A stretch of 64,000 nt of DNA from Hyphomicrobiaceae bacterium (GCA_041397825.1 JAWKVX010000006.1:292023-356022), one strand, 5' to 3'. Numbered from the stretch's first letter, positions 41,543 through 52,181 are shown. Program-made: numbers and translations. Notes: generated by a model from the letters alone, not told the origin.

Positions 41543-42430
41543 ATGTCTGAGCGGAAGCCGGAAACCCTGCAATCGCTGCTCGCCGTGCTCGAGCTTCTGT
41601 CGCTCGGTGGCGACCGATTCCGAGCCGATAGCCTGAACAAGCATTGGCACCGGGTCTATGGCGGCCAGGTGGTGGCTCAAGCCATGGTGGCCGCGTTCCG
41701 GACGGTCGAGGGACGGATTGCCCACTCGCTTCACGCCTACTTTCTGCGAATGGGCGATCCGCTGGCTCCGATCGATTTCGAGGTGAGTCGGCTTCGCGAC
41801 GGCCGCGCCTTCTCGACCCGCAATGTCGTTGCCTCGCAGGGCGGGGAGGCGATCTTCACGATGTCGATGTCGTTTCACAACGGCGAGGAGGGCATCGCCC
41901 ACCAATCTCCCATGCCGGGAGAGCCCCGCCCCGAAGAGCTGCCGGACGAATACGAGCTCGAGCGCCAGCTCAAGGCACGGCGACCGGATGCCGCCAAGCT
42001 CATCACCCATATGCCGCCGATCGAGTTCCGCCCGATCAACATCGAGCGCTTCCTCGATCCATCGCCGCGCCCGGCCGAGCAGAATGTCTGGATGCGCGTG
42101 AGCGGCCGGATGCCCGAGGACCCGAAGCTGCATCAGATCGTCCTCGCCTACATGTCGGACTATTCCCTCATCGATACGGCGTTGGTCGGCCACGGGCGGG
42201 TCATCACCGATCCGACCCTTCAGATCGCCAGTATCGATCACGCCCTGTGGTTTCATCGCCCCGGCCGGGTCGACGATTGGCTGCTCTATGCCCAGGACAG
42301 CCCGTCGGCCTCGGGCGGACGAGGCTTCTGCCGCGGATCGATCTTCCGGCGCGATGGCGTTCTGGTCGCCTCGGCGGCGCAGGAGGGTCTGTTCCGCAAC
42401 CGGCCGCCGAAGCCCGAGCGGAAAGACTGA
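41543..42430 (+). CDS. tesB: acyl-CoA thioesterase II
   Basis: LLAVLELLSLGGDRFRA..., RVYGGQVVAQAM, double hotdog length. AGGAG SD before ATG 41543. Confidence 0.88.
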   Translation: MSERKPETLQSLLAVLELLSLGGDRFRADSLNKHWHRVYGGQVVAQAMVAAFRTVEGRIAHSLHAYFLRMGDPLAPIDFEVSRLRDGRAFSTRNVVASQGGEAIFTMSMSFHNGEEGIAHQSPMPGEPRPEELPDEYELERQLKARRPDAAKLITHMPPIEFRPINIERFLDPSPRPAEQNVWMRVSGRMPEDPKLHQIVLAYMSDYSLIDTALVGHGRVITDPTLQIASIDHALWFHRPGRVDDWLLYAQDSPSASGGRGFCRGSIFRRDGVLVASAAQEGLFRNRPPKPERKD

Positions 42431-42549
42431 TCACAGCTTGGGCAGGCTGCGCGTCGCTTAGGCAGGGCAAAGGGCAGCACTTGCGTGATCGACAGACCCG
42501 CACAGGAAAAAACCGTTCGAATATAGATAGTTAGTGTTGCCCCCGGACT

Positions 42550-42565
42550 TGGCACGAGGCTTGAG
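42550..42565 (+). promoter_or_regulatory. sigma54 (-24/-12) promoter candidate for amtB
   Basis: TGGCACG-aggc-TTGAg versus consensus TGGCACG-N4-TTGCW (one mismatch in the -12 element), about 37 nt upstream of the amtB ATG. Confidence 0.55.
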
Positions 42566-42601
42566 ATGCTGCGCTGCAGCGCATTGACTCGATCCAGGGG
42601 G

Positions 42602-43996
42602 ATGACAATGAACGGCACGGCGATGCGGCGGAGCTTCCGCCTTGTGGCATCAGCGTTGGTTCTGGCTTCCACGTCCGCCGGCGCTGCCGCCGAGGCGGTG
42701 TCGGCAGCTGCCGACAAGGGCGATACGGCGTGGATGCTGACAGCGACTGCGCTGGTCGTGCTGATGACCATCCCTGGTCTCGCGCTCTTTTATGGCGGTC
42801 TGGTGCGCGCGAAGAACATGCTGTCGGTTCTGATGCAGGTTTTCTACGCCTTCTCGGCCGTCTCCGTGATCTGGGTCCTCTATGGCTACAGTCTGACGTT
42901 CACCGGCGGCTCGGCCGGCAGTGTCATCGGTGGGTTCTCGAAGGCCTTTTTGGCGGGTGTCGGCCCGGCCGCCCTCGCGGAGACATTCTCCAAAGGTGTC
43001 TATATTCCCGAGCTCGCCTTCGTCGCCTTCCAGATGACCTTCGCGGCCATTACACCCGGGTTGATCGTTGGCTCGATCGCCGAGCGCATGCGATTTCCGG
43101 CCGTGGCGCTGTTCGTGCCGCTCTGGTCGACGCTCGTCTACATGCCGATCGCCCACATGGTCTGGTTCTGGGGCGGACCGAGCGCTGCTGCCGAGCCGGC
43201 TGGCTACCTGTACTCGCTCGGTGCGCTCGATTTTGCCGGCGGCACGGTGGTCCATATCAATGCGGGCATTGCCGGTCTGATCGGCGCCCTCATGGTCGGC
43301 AAGCGCATCGGTTATCGCAGTGAGGCCATGGCGCCGCATTCCCTCACCATGACCTTGATTGGTGCATCGCTGCTCTGGGTGGGATGGTTCGGCTTCAACG
43401 CCGGCTCCGCCCTGGAGGCAAACGGCACGGCAGCCCTCGCGGTCATCAACACGTTTGTGGCGACGGCCGCTGCCGCGCTGAGCTGGCTTGCGGTCGAGGC
43501 GCTGGTGACCGGTCGGGGTAGCCTGCTCGGCATCGTCACTGGTGCCGTCGCGGGCCTGGTCGCCGTGACACCAGCGGCGGGTCTCGCAGGACCTGGCGGT
43601 GCACTGATGCTCGGGCTTCTGGCCGGCGGCGTCTGCTTCTACTTCTGTTCGGCGTTCAAGAACCGGCTGGGCTACGACGATGCGCTCGATGTGTTCGGCG
43701 TTCACTGCGTCGGCGGGATTCTCGGCGCCATCGGAACCGGAATCGTCGCGGCGCCGGCCCTGGGCGGAACGGGTCTGTGGGACTATGCCGCCGACTCGCC
43801 TGCCGCCGGCTACGATATCGCCGGCCAGACGCTCATTCAGATCAAGGCGGTGGTGGTGACGCTGATCTGGTCGGGCATCGGCTCCGCCCTCATCTTCAAG
43901 CTTGTCGACATGGTCGTTGGTCTCAGGGTGGAGACAGACGAGGAACGAGAGGGTCTCGATCTCGTCGATCACGGTGAGAGGGCCTACAACTACTGA
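42602..43996 (+). CDS. amtB: ammonium transporter
   Basis: Signal peptide, then DKGDTAWMLTATALVVLMTIPGLALFYGG, FAGGTVVHINAG, DDALDVFGVHCVGGILGAI. Confidence 0.95.
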   Translation: MTMNGTAMRRSFRLVASALVLASTSAGAAAEAVSAAADKGDTAWMLTATALVVLMTIPGLALFYGGLVRAKNMLSVLMQVFYAFSAVSVIWVLYGYSLTFTGGSAGSVIGGFSKAFLAGVGPAALAETFSKGVYIPELAFVAFQMTFAAITPGLIVGSIAERMRFPAVALFVPLWSTLVYMPIAHMVWFWGGPSAAAEPAGYLYSLGALDFAGGTVVHINAGIAGLIGALMVGKRIGYRSEAMAPHSLTMTLIGASLLWVGWFGFNAGSALEANGTAALAVINTFVATAAAALSWLAVEALVTGRGSLLGIVTGAVAGLVAVTPAAGLAGPGGALMLGLLAGGVCFYFCSAFKNRLGYDDALDVFGVHCVGGILGAIGTGIVAAPALGGTGLWDYAADSPAAGYDIAGQTLIQIKAVVVTLIWSGIGSALIFKLVDMVVGLRVETDEEREGLDLVDHGERAYNY

Positions 43997-44079
43997 TCCG
44001 GGTGGCGGCCTCGTCTGGCGTTCGCCGCCTGCCTTCGGTAAGGGATAGGTCACCGGCGCCGCCGGTGGAGGACTTGCCG

Positions 44080-45291
44080 TTGAATAGCGACGCGCCACAG
44101 AACATCCTGGCCCGTATTGTTCAGTCACCCTTCCCGCGACTCCGGGCGTTGCTCGACGGCATGGAGCCCGGGGCGCCGGCGATCGATATGACGGTCGGCG
44201 AGCCACGGCACGCGCCGCCCGAGTTCGTCGCCCGCGTCATCAAGGAGCATGAGGCGGAGTTCGCCAAATACCCACCGATCAACGGCATTCATGAGCTTAG
44301 GCAGTCGATCGCGCGCTGGCTCGACCAGCGATACGGCCTCGGCGGACGGCTCGATGCCGAGCGGAACGTTCACATCCTCTGCGGCTCGCGCGAGGGATTG
44401 TTCTCTGCGGTCGCGCCGGCACTGGACAGGCGGTCGGCGCATGCGAATCCGGCTGTCCTCATCCCGAACCCGTTCTACCAAGTGTACATCGCGGCGGCGC
44501 TTACCTGCCGTGCCGAGCCTGTCTTCCTGCCGGCGACGGTGGAGAGCGGGTTCCTGCCGGACCTCGACCGTCTCGAGGCCGACAGAGCTCTTTTGGAGCG
44601 GACCCGCGCCTTCTACCTCTGCTCGCCCTCCAACCCGCAAGGCGCCGTCGCGACGCCAGATTATTTGAGGCGGGCCATTGGGTTCGCCCGGCGGCATGAT
44701 TTCATGCTCCTCGCCGACGAATGCTACTCGGAGGTTTATGCCGAGCATCCCCCGCCGGGCGCGCTTGAGATTGCCGCGGAGACCGGCAGCTTCGCCAATG
44801 TCGCGGTTTTCAACTCGCTGTCGAAGCGGTCGAACCTGCCTGGACTACGGTCGGGCTTCGTTGCCGGCGATGGCGATTTTCTCTCCCGTCTCAGCCAGTA
44901 CCGGAACGTCATGGCCCCGCAGATGCCGCTTCCGGTTCAATGGGCGAGCGCTGCCGTCTGGGCGGACGAGGCTCATGTCGGACCGAGCCGTCGGCTTTAT
45001 GCCGAAAAGTTCCGCCTTGCCCAGGAGCTGCTGGGCAATCGTTTCGGCAATCCCATCCCAGGCGGTGGCTTCTTTCTCTGGCTGGACACCAGCCCGTTCG
45101 GTGGTGGCGAGGCCGCGGCGGTAAGACTCTGGAAACGATGCGGTGTCAAAGTGTTACCGGGCGCTTATCTGTCGCAAAAGGATGCTTTGGGCGGTGACCC
45201 CGGTGCCGCCTATGTCAGGGTCGCGCTGGTGCACGACCTGAAGACGACACGAGAGGCGCTCGACAGGTTGCGCAACGCCTTGTCTGAGTAG
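44080..45291 (+). CDS. class I/II aminotransferase (DapC-like succinyldiaminopimelate transaminase)
   Basis: FPRLRALL...[38 protein letters not shown] (PLP lysine). TTG 44080 has a GGAGGA SD, but the start is uncertain. Confidence 0.82.
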   Translation: MNSDAPQNILARIVQSPFPRLRALLDGMEPGAPAIDMTVGEPRHAPPEFVARVIKEHEAEFAKYPPINGIHELRQSIARWLDQRYGLGGRLDAERNVHILCGSREGLFSAVAPALDRRSAHANPAVLIPNPFYQVYIAAALTCRAEPVFLPATVESGFLPDLDRLEADRALLERTRAFYLCSPSNPQGAVATPDYLRRAIGFARRHDFMLLADECYSEVYAEHPPPGALEIAAETGSFANVAVFNSLSKRSNLPGLRSGFVAGDGDFLSRLSQYRNVMAPQMPLPVQWASAAVWADEAHVGPSRRLYAEKFRLAQELLGNRFGNPIPGGGFFLWLDTSPFGGGEAAAVRLWKRCGVKVLPGAYLSQKDALGGDPGAAYVRVALVHDLKTTREALDRLRNALSE

Positions 45292-45298
45292 GACGCCT

Positions 45299-47917
45299 GT
45301 GTCGTATGATGTGGAGCAAGCCCTGGAGCCGCGCGGACTCCTGCCGATGGCCGTCGAGCGCGGTCTGAGGTCGAGTGCGCGCCGTCTGATCGGGTGCCTG
45401 ATCCTCGCCGTTGCCGGCAGCGGCTGGCTTGCGCTCGTCACCTGGGCCGGCAGCGATGGCAGCCAGTCGCTCGGTCCAGCTTTCCTGCCGCAGAACGTGA
45501 TGGGGCGGTCGGGCGCCTTTCTGGCCGATCTTGCCCTGCAAGCCGTGGGGCTGGGCGCGGCATTTCTGCTCTTTCCGCCGACCTTCTGGGCGCTCGACCT
45601 GATTGCCGGCCGCGCCTTGCCGTCGATCAAGAAGCGTATCGCTGTATGGCCGCTGGCGACGATCTTTCTGGCTGGAGCCCTCGCCGCCCTGCCACGCCCT
45701 GGCTTCTGGCCGCTCGAGCACGGGTTCGGCGGCTTGGGCGGCGATCTGATGTTCGAGATGGTGCGGGTGCCGTTCTTCTCACTCGGTGGCACGCTCGCGA
45801 CCTTTGGCTCGCTGGCCGCCCTGGTGCTGGCGGGCGGGTTGTCGCTGTCCTACAGCCTCGGTCTCACGATGAAGCAGGCCATGCCACCGCCGCGGCGCGT
45901 CGAGCCCGTGGGTTTTGAGCGTACACCTGCGGAACGTCCGAGCCGTGCCAGCTTGCTTCGCGGACTGGCCGCGCGTGCCGTTCGGTCGCTGGAGCGGGGC
46001 CCGCGGATGCCGGACCGGGACGAGGAACCGCCGGAGCTGGCGCTGGGCTGGGATCGTCTCGAGGCGCATCGAGAGCCACTGTCGGCAGGTTCCTACACCA
46101 GCCGGCCGCGACCAGAGCCTCAGCCAACGTTCTCTCCCTATGCGGCGATCGCCGACGAGAATGACGCCGGCGAGGCCGATCCCAGATGGCTCGGCGGCGT
46201 CTCCCGGGGGGTGACGGAGACAGAGGCAGAGACGGTGGATCTCGCCGAGGACGCCATGAGCGCGGCGATTGCGCGCCGGTTTGCGCCTGCGGCCGGGCGG
46301 ACCGCGACGCGCTCCGAGCCGAAATCGGAACCGGCGCCCTCGCCTGCGCCCGCGAGCCAAACAAGCGCCCGCGGCTTCGGCACGATTGCGCCGCGCGGAC
46401 GCCAGCCTCGCGGGTTCCGACTCCCGTCGGCCCGCCTTCTCAAGAAGCCGGCAGCCGTGAAGCCCAATCCGGAGCTCACTCAATCCGTCATGCGCGGCAA
46501 TGCTCGGCTGCTCGAGGACGTGTTGAATGATTTCGGCATCAAGGGCCAGATCGTCGATATCCGGCCCGGCCCGGTGATCACCGTCTATGAGCTCGAGCCG
46601 GCGCGCGGCATCAAGGCCTCGCGCGTCATCGCGCTCGCGGACGATATCGCGCGCTCGATGAGCGCGGCCTCGGCCCGGATCGCCGTTATTCCCGGCCGGA
46701 ACGCCATCGGCATCGAGCTGCCCAATCCGCGACGCGAGCCCGTCGGCCTGCGCGAGCTGATCGAGAGCGAGGCCTATCGGGCGACAGGCGCGCAACTGCC
46801 CTTGGCCTTGGGCAAGGCCACGGACGGTGCTCCCGTCATCGTCGACCTCGCCCGGATGCCGCATCTGCTGGTCGCCGGCACCACCGGCTCGGGCAAATCG
46901 GTCGGCATCAATGCCATGATCCTCTCGCTGCTCTTTCGCATGTCGCCGGAGCAGGTGAAGCTCATTCTCATCGATCCGAAGATGCTGGAGCTGTCGGTCT
47001 ACAACGGCATCCCGCACCTGCTCGCACCGGTGGTCACCGATCCGCGCAAGGCCGTTGTCGCCCTCAACTGGGTCGTCCGGGAGATGGAGGAGCGCTATCG
47101 TCGCATGTCGCTTCTCAATGTCCGGAACATCGAGACCTACAACAATGCGCTCGCCAATGCCATGCGGCAGGGCCGGCCGCCGACCCGCACCGTCCAGACC
47201 GGTTTTGACCGCCGGACGGGTCAACCTGTCTACGTCGAGGAGACCCTCGATCTGACGCCGATGCCGTTTATCGTCGTCGTCATCGACGAGATGGCCGATC
47301 TGATGCTGACGGCCGGCAAGGACATCGAGGCTGCGGTGCAACGCCTGGCGCAGATGGCGCGCGCCGCCGGCATCCATCTGATCACAGCAACTCAGCGGCC
47401 GAGTGTCGACGTCATCACCGGTACCATCAAGGCCAACCTCCCTTCGCGCATTTCGTTCAAGGTCGCCTCGAAGATCGACAGCCGGACCATCCTGGGCGAC
47501 GGCGGCGCCGAGCAGCTGCTGGGCGCTGGCGATATGCTCTATTCCGCTGGCGGCACCCAGGTCAGCCGCATTCACGGCGCCTTCGTCACCGACGAGGAGG
47601 TCGAGCACGTCGTCGTCGATCTCCGCGCCCAGGGCCGGCCGGCCTATATCGATGCCATCACGGCCGAGCCGGAGGATGGCGAGACCGAGGACGGCGAGAG
47701 CGCGGGCGCCGCCTCTGGCGACGACCTCTATGATCGTGCTGTCGCCATCGTTCTGAAGGACCGCAAGGTCTCGACGAGCTATATCCAGAGGCGCCTGCAG
47801 ATCGGCTACAACCGGGCCGCCGACCTGATCGAGCGGATGGAGCAGGACGGCATCATCAGTCCGCCCAACGGTGCGGGGAAGCGTCACATTCTGGCAGGTG
47901 ACGCGGCAACTGCCTAA
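45299..47917 (+). CDS. ftsK: DNA translocase FtsK
   Basis: N-terminal TM helices, Pro/Ala-rich linker, [19 protein letters not shown] Walker [13 protein letters not shown]-terminal gamma domain ([14 protein letters not shown]). Confidence 0.96.
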   Translation: MSYDVEQALEPRGLLPMAVERGLRSSARRLIGCLILAVAGSGWLALVTWAGSDGSQSLGPAFLPQNVMGRSGAFLADLALQAVGLGAAFLLFPPTFWALDLIAGRALPSIKKRIAVWPLATIFLAGALAALPRPGFWPLEHGFGGLGGDLMFEMVRVPFFSLGGTLATFGSLAALVLAGGLSLSYSLGLTMKQAMPPPRRVEPVGFERTPAERPSRASLLRGLAARAVRSLERGPRMPDRDEEPPELALGWDRLEAHREPLSAGSYTSRPRPEPQPTFSPYAAIADENDAGEADPRWLGGVSRGVTETEAETVDLAEDAMSAAIARRFAPAAGRTATRSEPKSEPAPSPAPASQTSARGFGTIAPRGRQPRGFRLPSARLLKKPAAVKPNPELTQSVMRGNARLLEDVLNDFGIKGQIVDIRPGPVITVYELEPARGIKASRVIALADDIARSMSAASARIAVIPGRNAIGIELPNPRREPVGLRELIESEAYRATGAQLPLALGKATDGAPVIVDLARMPHLLVAGTTGSGKSVGINAMILSLLFRMSPEQVKLILIDPKMLELSVYNGIPHLLAPVVTDPRKAVVALNWVVREMEERYRRMSLLNVRNIETYNNALANAMRQGRPPTRTVQTGFDRRTGQPVYVEETLDLTPMPFIVVVIDEMADLMLTAGKDIEAAVQRLAQMARAAGIHLITATQRPSVDVITGTIKANLPSRISFKVASKIDSRTILGDGGAEQLLGAGDMLYSAGGTQVSRIHGAFVTDEEVEHVVVDLRAQGRPAYIDAITAEPEDGETEDGESAGAASGDDLYDRAVAIVLKDRKVSTSYIQRRLQIGYNRAADLIERMEQDGIISPPNGAGKRHILAGDAATA

Positions 47918-48104
47918 ATTGCCTCATATTCCCGTGGGAAAGGCCGGTTCTGGCCTATCCGGGCGCCAGCACGGCGTCTAGATCGTTTTCCTGCGAGGCC
48001 GTTTCCTTGCGCGCTCGTCGGTGGCGGCGTGAAAGGATTGCGGCTTGGCGCGGCACTGCCGTTTGGAATGGCTGATTGTTTCGATGGGGGCTCGGAGCTG
48101 AGCG

Positions 48105-48830
48105 ATGACCGCATTTGACCGTGCGATTTGGATCCCGGCCGTCGCGGCGGCTCTGTTGACGTTTGCCGCCAACGCCACTGCCGATGACAGCGTTGCCGCG
48201 CCTCCAAGCTCTGCGGTGGGCAGCACGGCGACTTGGAATGCCGAGGTCGATTCGACGGTCAGCGGAATCACACTCGACCAGAACCAACTGGCCGTCGTCG
48301 GCGAAGTGAATACGTATTTCAACGACATCACCGACCTCAAAGGTTCATTCCTCCAGACGGACGCGGAGAACGGCCAGAGCAAGGGGCTGTTCTACATCCA
48401 GAAGCCAGGACGGTTCCGCTTCGACTATGCGTCACCGTCGACCCTCGTCGTGCTGTCCGACGGCGAATACCTGTCTTTCGAAGAGGAGGGCAATCCTCCG
48501 GACAGATATCCGTTGGACTCGACCCCGTTCGGCGTTCTGTTCAAGGACAAGGTCGATCTTGCGACATCCGCCAAGATCGTCGAGCTCTATTCGGGCGATG
48601 ATCTCGTCACGATCACGCTCGAGGACAGGAGCGACGACTCCAAGGGGCGGATCAAGCTGTTCTTCGCCCGGATCGACGGCAAGCTCGAGCTAGCCGAGTG
48701 GGTTGTGACGGGCCCGGAGGGGGGAGATACCCGGGTCGAGCTGGCGGAACTCGTGCGAGGCGAGAAAGCGGATGCCAAGCTCTTCAAGTTGAGGAAAATT
48801 TCAGGCCAGGCCAAGGGATCCAAGAAGTAG
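48105..48830 (+). CDS. lolA: outer-membrane lipoprotein carrier protein LolA family
   Basis: Signal peptide, GSFLQTD..G.SKGLFYIQKPGRFRFDY. Follows ftsK, as is common. Confidence 0.82.
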   Translation: MTAFDRAIWIPAVAAALLTFAANATADDSVAAPPSSAVGSTATWNAEVDSTVSGITLDQNQLAVVGEVNTYFNDITDLKGSFLQTDAENGQSKGLFYIQKPGRFRFDYASPSTLVVLSDGEYLSFEEEGNPPDRYPLDSTPFGVLFKDKVDLATSAKIVELYSGDDLVTITLEDRSDDSKGRIKLFFARIDGKLELAEWVVTGPEGGDTRVELAELVRGEKADAKLFKLRKISGQAKGSKK

Positions 48831-48896
48831 TTTCTTGCTGTTGAAGGGCCGTGGAAGGGCGGAAGTAACTTTTCCGTTAATTTTTCGTAATAGCTG

Positions 48897-48924
48897 TTGA
48901 ATTCGGCCCCTGCCGTCCTATTTT
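48897..48924 (+). promoter_or_regulatory. sigma70-type promoter candidate
   Basis: TTGAAT (48897-48902), 16-nt spacer, TATTTT (48919-48924). Confidence 0.35.
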
Positions 48925-48930
48925 ACTCCT

Positions 48931-49068
48931 ACAACGAGCGTATCACTCATTCGGTAGTGCCCCCCCGTCTAACCGAAGATGCGCTTGTTGACGCCGGCTT
49001 CCCTCCCGGCGTCATGCGCGCAATGCGCTGTGGCGCCCAGTCGAAAGACTGGGCGCCCTTTTCATTTC
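48931..49068 (+). ncRNA. candidate small RNA or xthA leader with two C-rich-loop hairpins and an intrinsic terminator
   Basis: SL1 is ttcggt/accgaa (48950-48977) with loop agtgCCCCCCCgtcta. SL2 is gacgccgg/ccggcgtc (48990-49013) with loop CUUCCCUC. A terminator follows at 49032-49068. No credible coding frame. Confidence 0.4.
49032..49068 (+). terminator. Rho-independent terminator
   Basis: ggcgcccagtc-GAAA-gactgggcgcc, a perfect 11-bp stem with tetraloop, followed by cttttcatttc. Confidence 0.75.
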
Positions 49069-49106
49069 TGACTGCCTCGAGCCTCCCGGGCACTGGAGAC
49101 CGCGTC

Positions 49107-49928
49107 ATGTCGCTTCGGATCGCTACCTGGAACATCAATTCCGTTCGTATTCGCCTGCATCTGATCGAGGCTCTGGTCACTCAGCAGGCTCCCGATGTGA
49201 TCTGCCTGCAGGAGATCAAGTGCGAGACGGGGCACTTCCCGCACGATGCATTCGAGGCGCTCGGCTATCACCACCGGGTTGTCGCCGGCCAACGCGGGTA
49301 TCATGGCGTCGCGACGGTGGCGAAGGTTCCGCTGGAGCGGATAGGTGCCGAGGATCTGCACGGAACCGGCGAGGCGCGTCATCTCGCGGTGGCGCTGCCG
49401 ATCGGCCATCGGCGGGAGCGGCTCGAGCTGCACAATTTCTATGTGCCTGCCGGTGGCGATGTTCCCGATCCTGACCAGAACCGCCGGTTTCGCGAGAAGC
49501 TCGCCTATCTCGACGCACTCGAGGCCTGGTCCGGCCGCCTGCCAGGCAGGCGGCGGCGGTTGCTGGTCGGCGATCTCAATGTGGCGCCGCTCGAGCATGA
49601 TGTCTGGTCACACAAGCAGATGCTGAGCGTCGTTTCGCATACCCCTGTCGAGGTCGAGCGTTTCGCGCGCGTGCAGGCGGCAGGCCGATGGACAGACGTC
49701 ATGCGCCAGTTCGTGCCGGCGCACGAGAAGCTCTATTCCTGGTGGAGCTACCGGGCTGCCGACTGGCGCCTGTCGAACCGTGGCAGGCGCCTTGACCATG
49801 TCTGGGCCTCAGCCAATTTGGCTGACGCCGCGGCCTCGCTGACCGTCGTCGACGCTGCGCGCGGCTGGGAGCGACCGTCTGACCATGTGCCGGTCATTGT
49901 CGATCTCGACGTTACGCCAAGTGGCTGA
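49107..49928 (+). CDS. xthA: exodeoxyribonuclease III
   Basis: MSLRIATWNINSVR, DVICLQEIK, WSYR, SDHVPV. Internal ATG, since the track ORF extension covers the hairpin region. Confidence 0.93.
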   Translation: MSLRIATWNINSVRIRLHLIEALVTQQAPDVICLQEIKCETGHFPHDAFEALGYHHRVVAGQRGYHGVATVAKVPLERIGAEDLHGTGEARHLAVALPIGHRRERLELHNFYVPAGGDVPDPDQNRRFREKLAYLDALEAWSGRLPGRRRRLLVGDLNVAPLEHDVWSHKQMLSVVSHTPVEVERFARVQAAGRWTDVMRQFVPAHEKLYSWWSYRAADWRLSNRGRRLDHVWASANLADAAASLTVVDAARGWERPSDHVPVIVDLDVTPSG

Positions 49929-49939
49929 GAGCCCGGTCG

Positions 49940-51184
49940 CTACTTGGATAGGCGCAGGCTTTGCAGGCGTTTGGCGATATCCTGGAACGCTGCTCGCAGC
50001 TCGGTGCCGTTGTCGGCGCTGAAATAGTGCGAGGGGCTCGTGGCGCATGCTTGCAGCGTCGCTTCGGCGGCCGGTGGTGATTGGAAGGCGACCGCGTAGA
50101 TCACGACATTGCCACCCGTCACATCGGGATCCTTGATGGCGTTGCAGATATCGAGGGCCTGCTCCGGCGACGTCGCGTTCATGGAGCCGTTGTGGTAGCT
50201 CGTGTTGAATTCGCCATCCGTCATGAGAATGATGGCCTTGATTGTGTTCGAATCGGCATAGGGCTTGGGTACCGAAGCGGCTGGCCAGACCGTGGTCCAG
50301 TTCGGCGAGATCATGTACCAGCCCCAGCCGAGGCCGATATGCCCCGCCGTGAAGCCGTCAGCGGACAGAGAGGCGATTTCGGTCTTCAGTGCAACGCTGT
50401 CATCACTTAGCGGGAAGATCTCCGCGCTTGGGCAGTCGTAGTTGCCATTGTGCGGCGGGTTGTCCTCGACGTTGAAGTAGCGGCCGCTGTCTGGCGGATC
50501 GTCGCTGTAGGCGTGCGAGCCATTGCGTTCGACCACGCAGCCGTCCAGGCTCGCGGAATCGGAGGCGAGGTTCGCATAGGGACCGACATTGATCGAAGCC
50601 GCATAGGGGGCGAGCGCGATCTTGTTCAAGGCGGGCTGGCCCGCCGGCAACATGATGTCGACGATATCGTTGGCCGCGAGCTTCAGGTCGGCGATCTTCT
50701 GTCCGCCCATCGAGCCGGTGATGTCCAGCACCATTGCCAGCTCGACATTGCGCATCTTGAAGATGGAGGTCGAGGCTTTCGAGAAGTTCACTTTGTTGAT
50801 GCTGAGGATGCGGGCAAAGCTCGTCGGGACAGTGATATCCGACGTTACCGTCACCGCGCCTGATTCAGCGTCGATGACGGCTGCGAAATTGCTCCATGAG
50901 TAGCTGCCGGCGTCGGTGGCAGCCATTTGAGCTTCGAAGTATTTGAGGGCAATGGCCTGCGCCTCGGCCTGGGTCAGATTGCCCTCCGACAGGGCCCGGG
51001 CGGCGGCGAGCGATGCCGCGTCGAGGGCACTGCTGACCTTGCCGGACGTACGGACAGCCTGTGCGGTATCCAGCGAGAAGCCGATCGCAAAGACGATCAG
51101 TAGCAGCGAAAGCCCAAAGATGATGGCGATTGAGCCTTGCTCATCGCGCCAGATGCCGGTGCGGCGTTCATTTCCGAGCAACAT
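49940..51184 (-). CDS. TadE/TadG-like N-terminal domain + von Willebrand factor A domain protein (paralog 1)
   Basis: DEQGSIAIIFGLSLLLIVFAIGFSLD (Tad-like TM segment), VLDITGSM MIDAS-like motif, ILMTDGEFN. 414 aa. Confidence 0.8.
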   Translation of the reverse strand: MLLGNERRTGIWRDEQGSIAIIFGLSLLLIVFAIGFSLDTAQAVRTSGKVSSALDAASLAAARALSEGNLTQAEAQAIALKYFEAQMAATDAGSYSWSNFAAVIDAESGAVTVTSDITVPTSFARILSINKVNFSKASTSIFKMRNVELAMVLDITGSMGGQKIADLKLAANDIVDIMLPAGQPALNKIALAPYAASINVGPYANLASDSASLDGCVVERNGSHAYSDDPPDSGRYFNVEDNPPHNGNYDCPSAEIFPLSDDSVALKTEIASLSADGFTAGHIGLGWGWYMISPNWTTVWPAASVPKPYADSNTIKAIILMTDGEFNTSYHNGSMNATSPEQALDICNAIKDPDVTGGNVVIYAVAFQSPPAAEATLQACATSPSHYFSADNGTELRAAFQDIAKRLQSLRLSK

Positions 51185-51343
51185 TCCGAGTCCCCGCGGA
51201 GGTCCGAGACGGCCAGAGCTACATCGGGGGATGGAAAAGCAGAGTAAAAGCGCAGCCCTTCGATAACCTTTGGGCGAGTTAAGCGCAAAACAGGGTTAAC
51301 CGATCACTTCACATCGTCATGGGTGGAGCATCAGGATGGGAAG

Positions 51344-52093
51344 CTACCAGCAAACCCGTCCCGGTCCGCGGTCGAGATGCAGGTGGTTCTCGTGCAACTT
51401 GTTGTACTCCGGCCCGAGCGTGACGCGGAAATAGTTGCAGGCTCCCTTGTGCACGCGATGCAGGAAGTCGCCCTTGGGTCCCTTGTCGCGCCAGTTGGCG
51501 ACGACCGAGACAGTTTGACCATTGGCCAGGCGAAAGCCGGCAATGTCCACGGCATTGGCCGTCGCGTGCTGGCTTCGGGCGAGAGTCGGATCGAACTGCT
51601 TCACGATCTCATTGAGCTTTCTGCGAAACGCTCCGCCGCGAATATCCCGGCAGCTGTAGGTGCCCATGCTCGAGATGGAGACTACGCGGCTGCCGAACAG
51701 GCGCTGGGCCTCGGGCTGCACGACATACTCGATCCAGAGTGCCAGGGCAGCCGTTGCCTGGCAGGTCAGCGGCGAGAGGGAGATCGAGGCGCCGCCAGCC
51801 TCCTTCACGCTGAAGGCGTTGACGTAGCCGCAATCGTCGGGCCCGATCGGCTTGTCGCTGACGGGAGACGCGCTGACGTGCGGCTGGACCAGGATCTCGC
51901 GGCAGAGATCGGGGCTGTTGGCGAGCGCCGCCAGCCGCCAGTCGATGAACCAGCCCGAGCCGGAGGAGAGGTCGATGGCCGGAAACGGGGTCAGGCCCGC
52001 CGAGACGTGACCATGGCGCAAACCGTAGAGATAGATGCCGCCCACGATCGCGAGCAGCAAAATCAACGTATTTGGAATGAACGGGACGCGCAT
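51344..52093 (-). CDS. extensin-like C-terminal domain protein (LAS/peptidase M15-like zinc fold), membrane anchored
   Basis: N-terminal TM NTLILLLAIVGGIYLYGL, SQHATANAVDIAGF (H..D) and HENHLHLD (H.H) metal-ligand-like motifs. 249 aa. Confidence 0.7.
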   Translation of the reverse strand: MRVPFIPNTLILLLAIVGGIYLYGLRHGHVSAGLTPFPAIDLSSGSGWFIDWRLAALANSPDLCREILVQPHVSASPVSDKPIGPDDCGYVNAFSVKEAGGASISLSPLTCQATAALALWIEYVVQPEAQRLFGSRVVSISSMGTYSCRDIRGGAFRRKLNEIVKQFDPTLARSQHATANAVDIAGFRLANGQTVSVVANWRDKGPKGDFLHRVHKGACNYFRVTLGPEYNKLHENHLHLDRGPGRVCW

Positions 52094-52181
52094 CGCTTAC
52101 CCTTCGACAGCGCTTCCAAAAAGGTTCGGGCGGACGTCACCCCCCGGCGACGCCCGCCCGATCTGCCTAGCTGCGGCGAGA

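Noticed and set aside
42650-44206. 518-aa minus-strand ORF
   Set aside because: Antisense shadow of amtB. The translation is Arg/Gly/Asp-rich with no membrane or enzyme motifs.
45779-47887. 702-aa minus-strand ORF
   Set aside because: Antisense shadow of ftsK, which has unambiguous motifs on the plus strand.
51185-51343. Possible CtrA box upstream of tadG-like paralog 1 (TTAAgcgcaaaacagggTTAAC)
   Set aside because: The half-site spacing is 13 nt, not the 7 nt required for TTAA-N7-TTAA.
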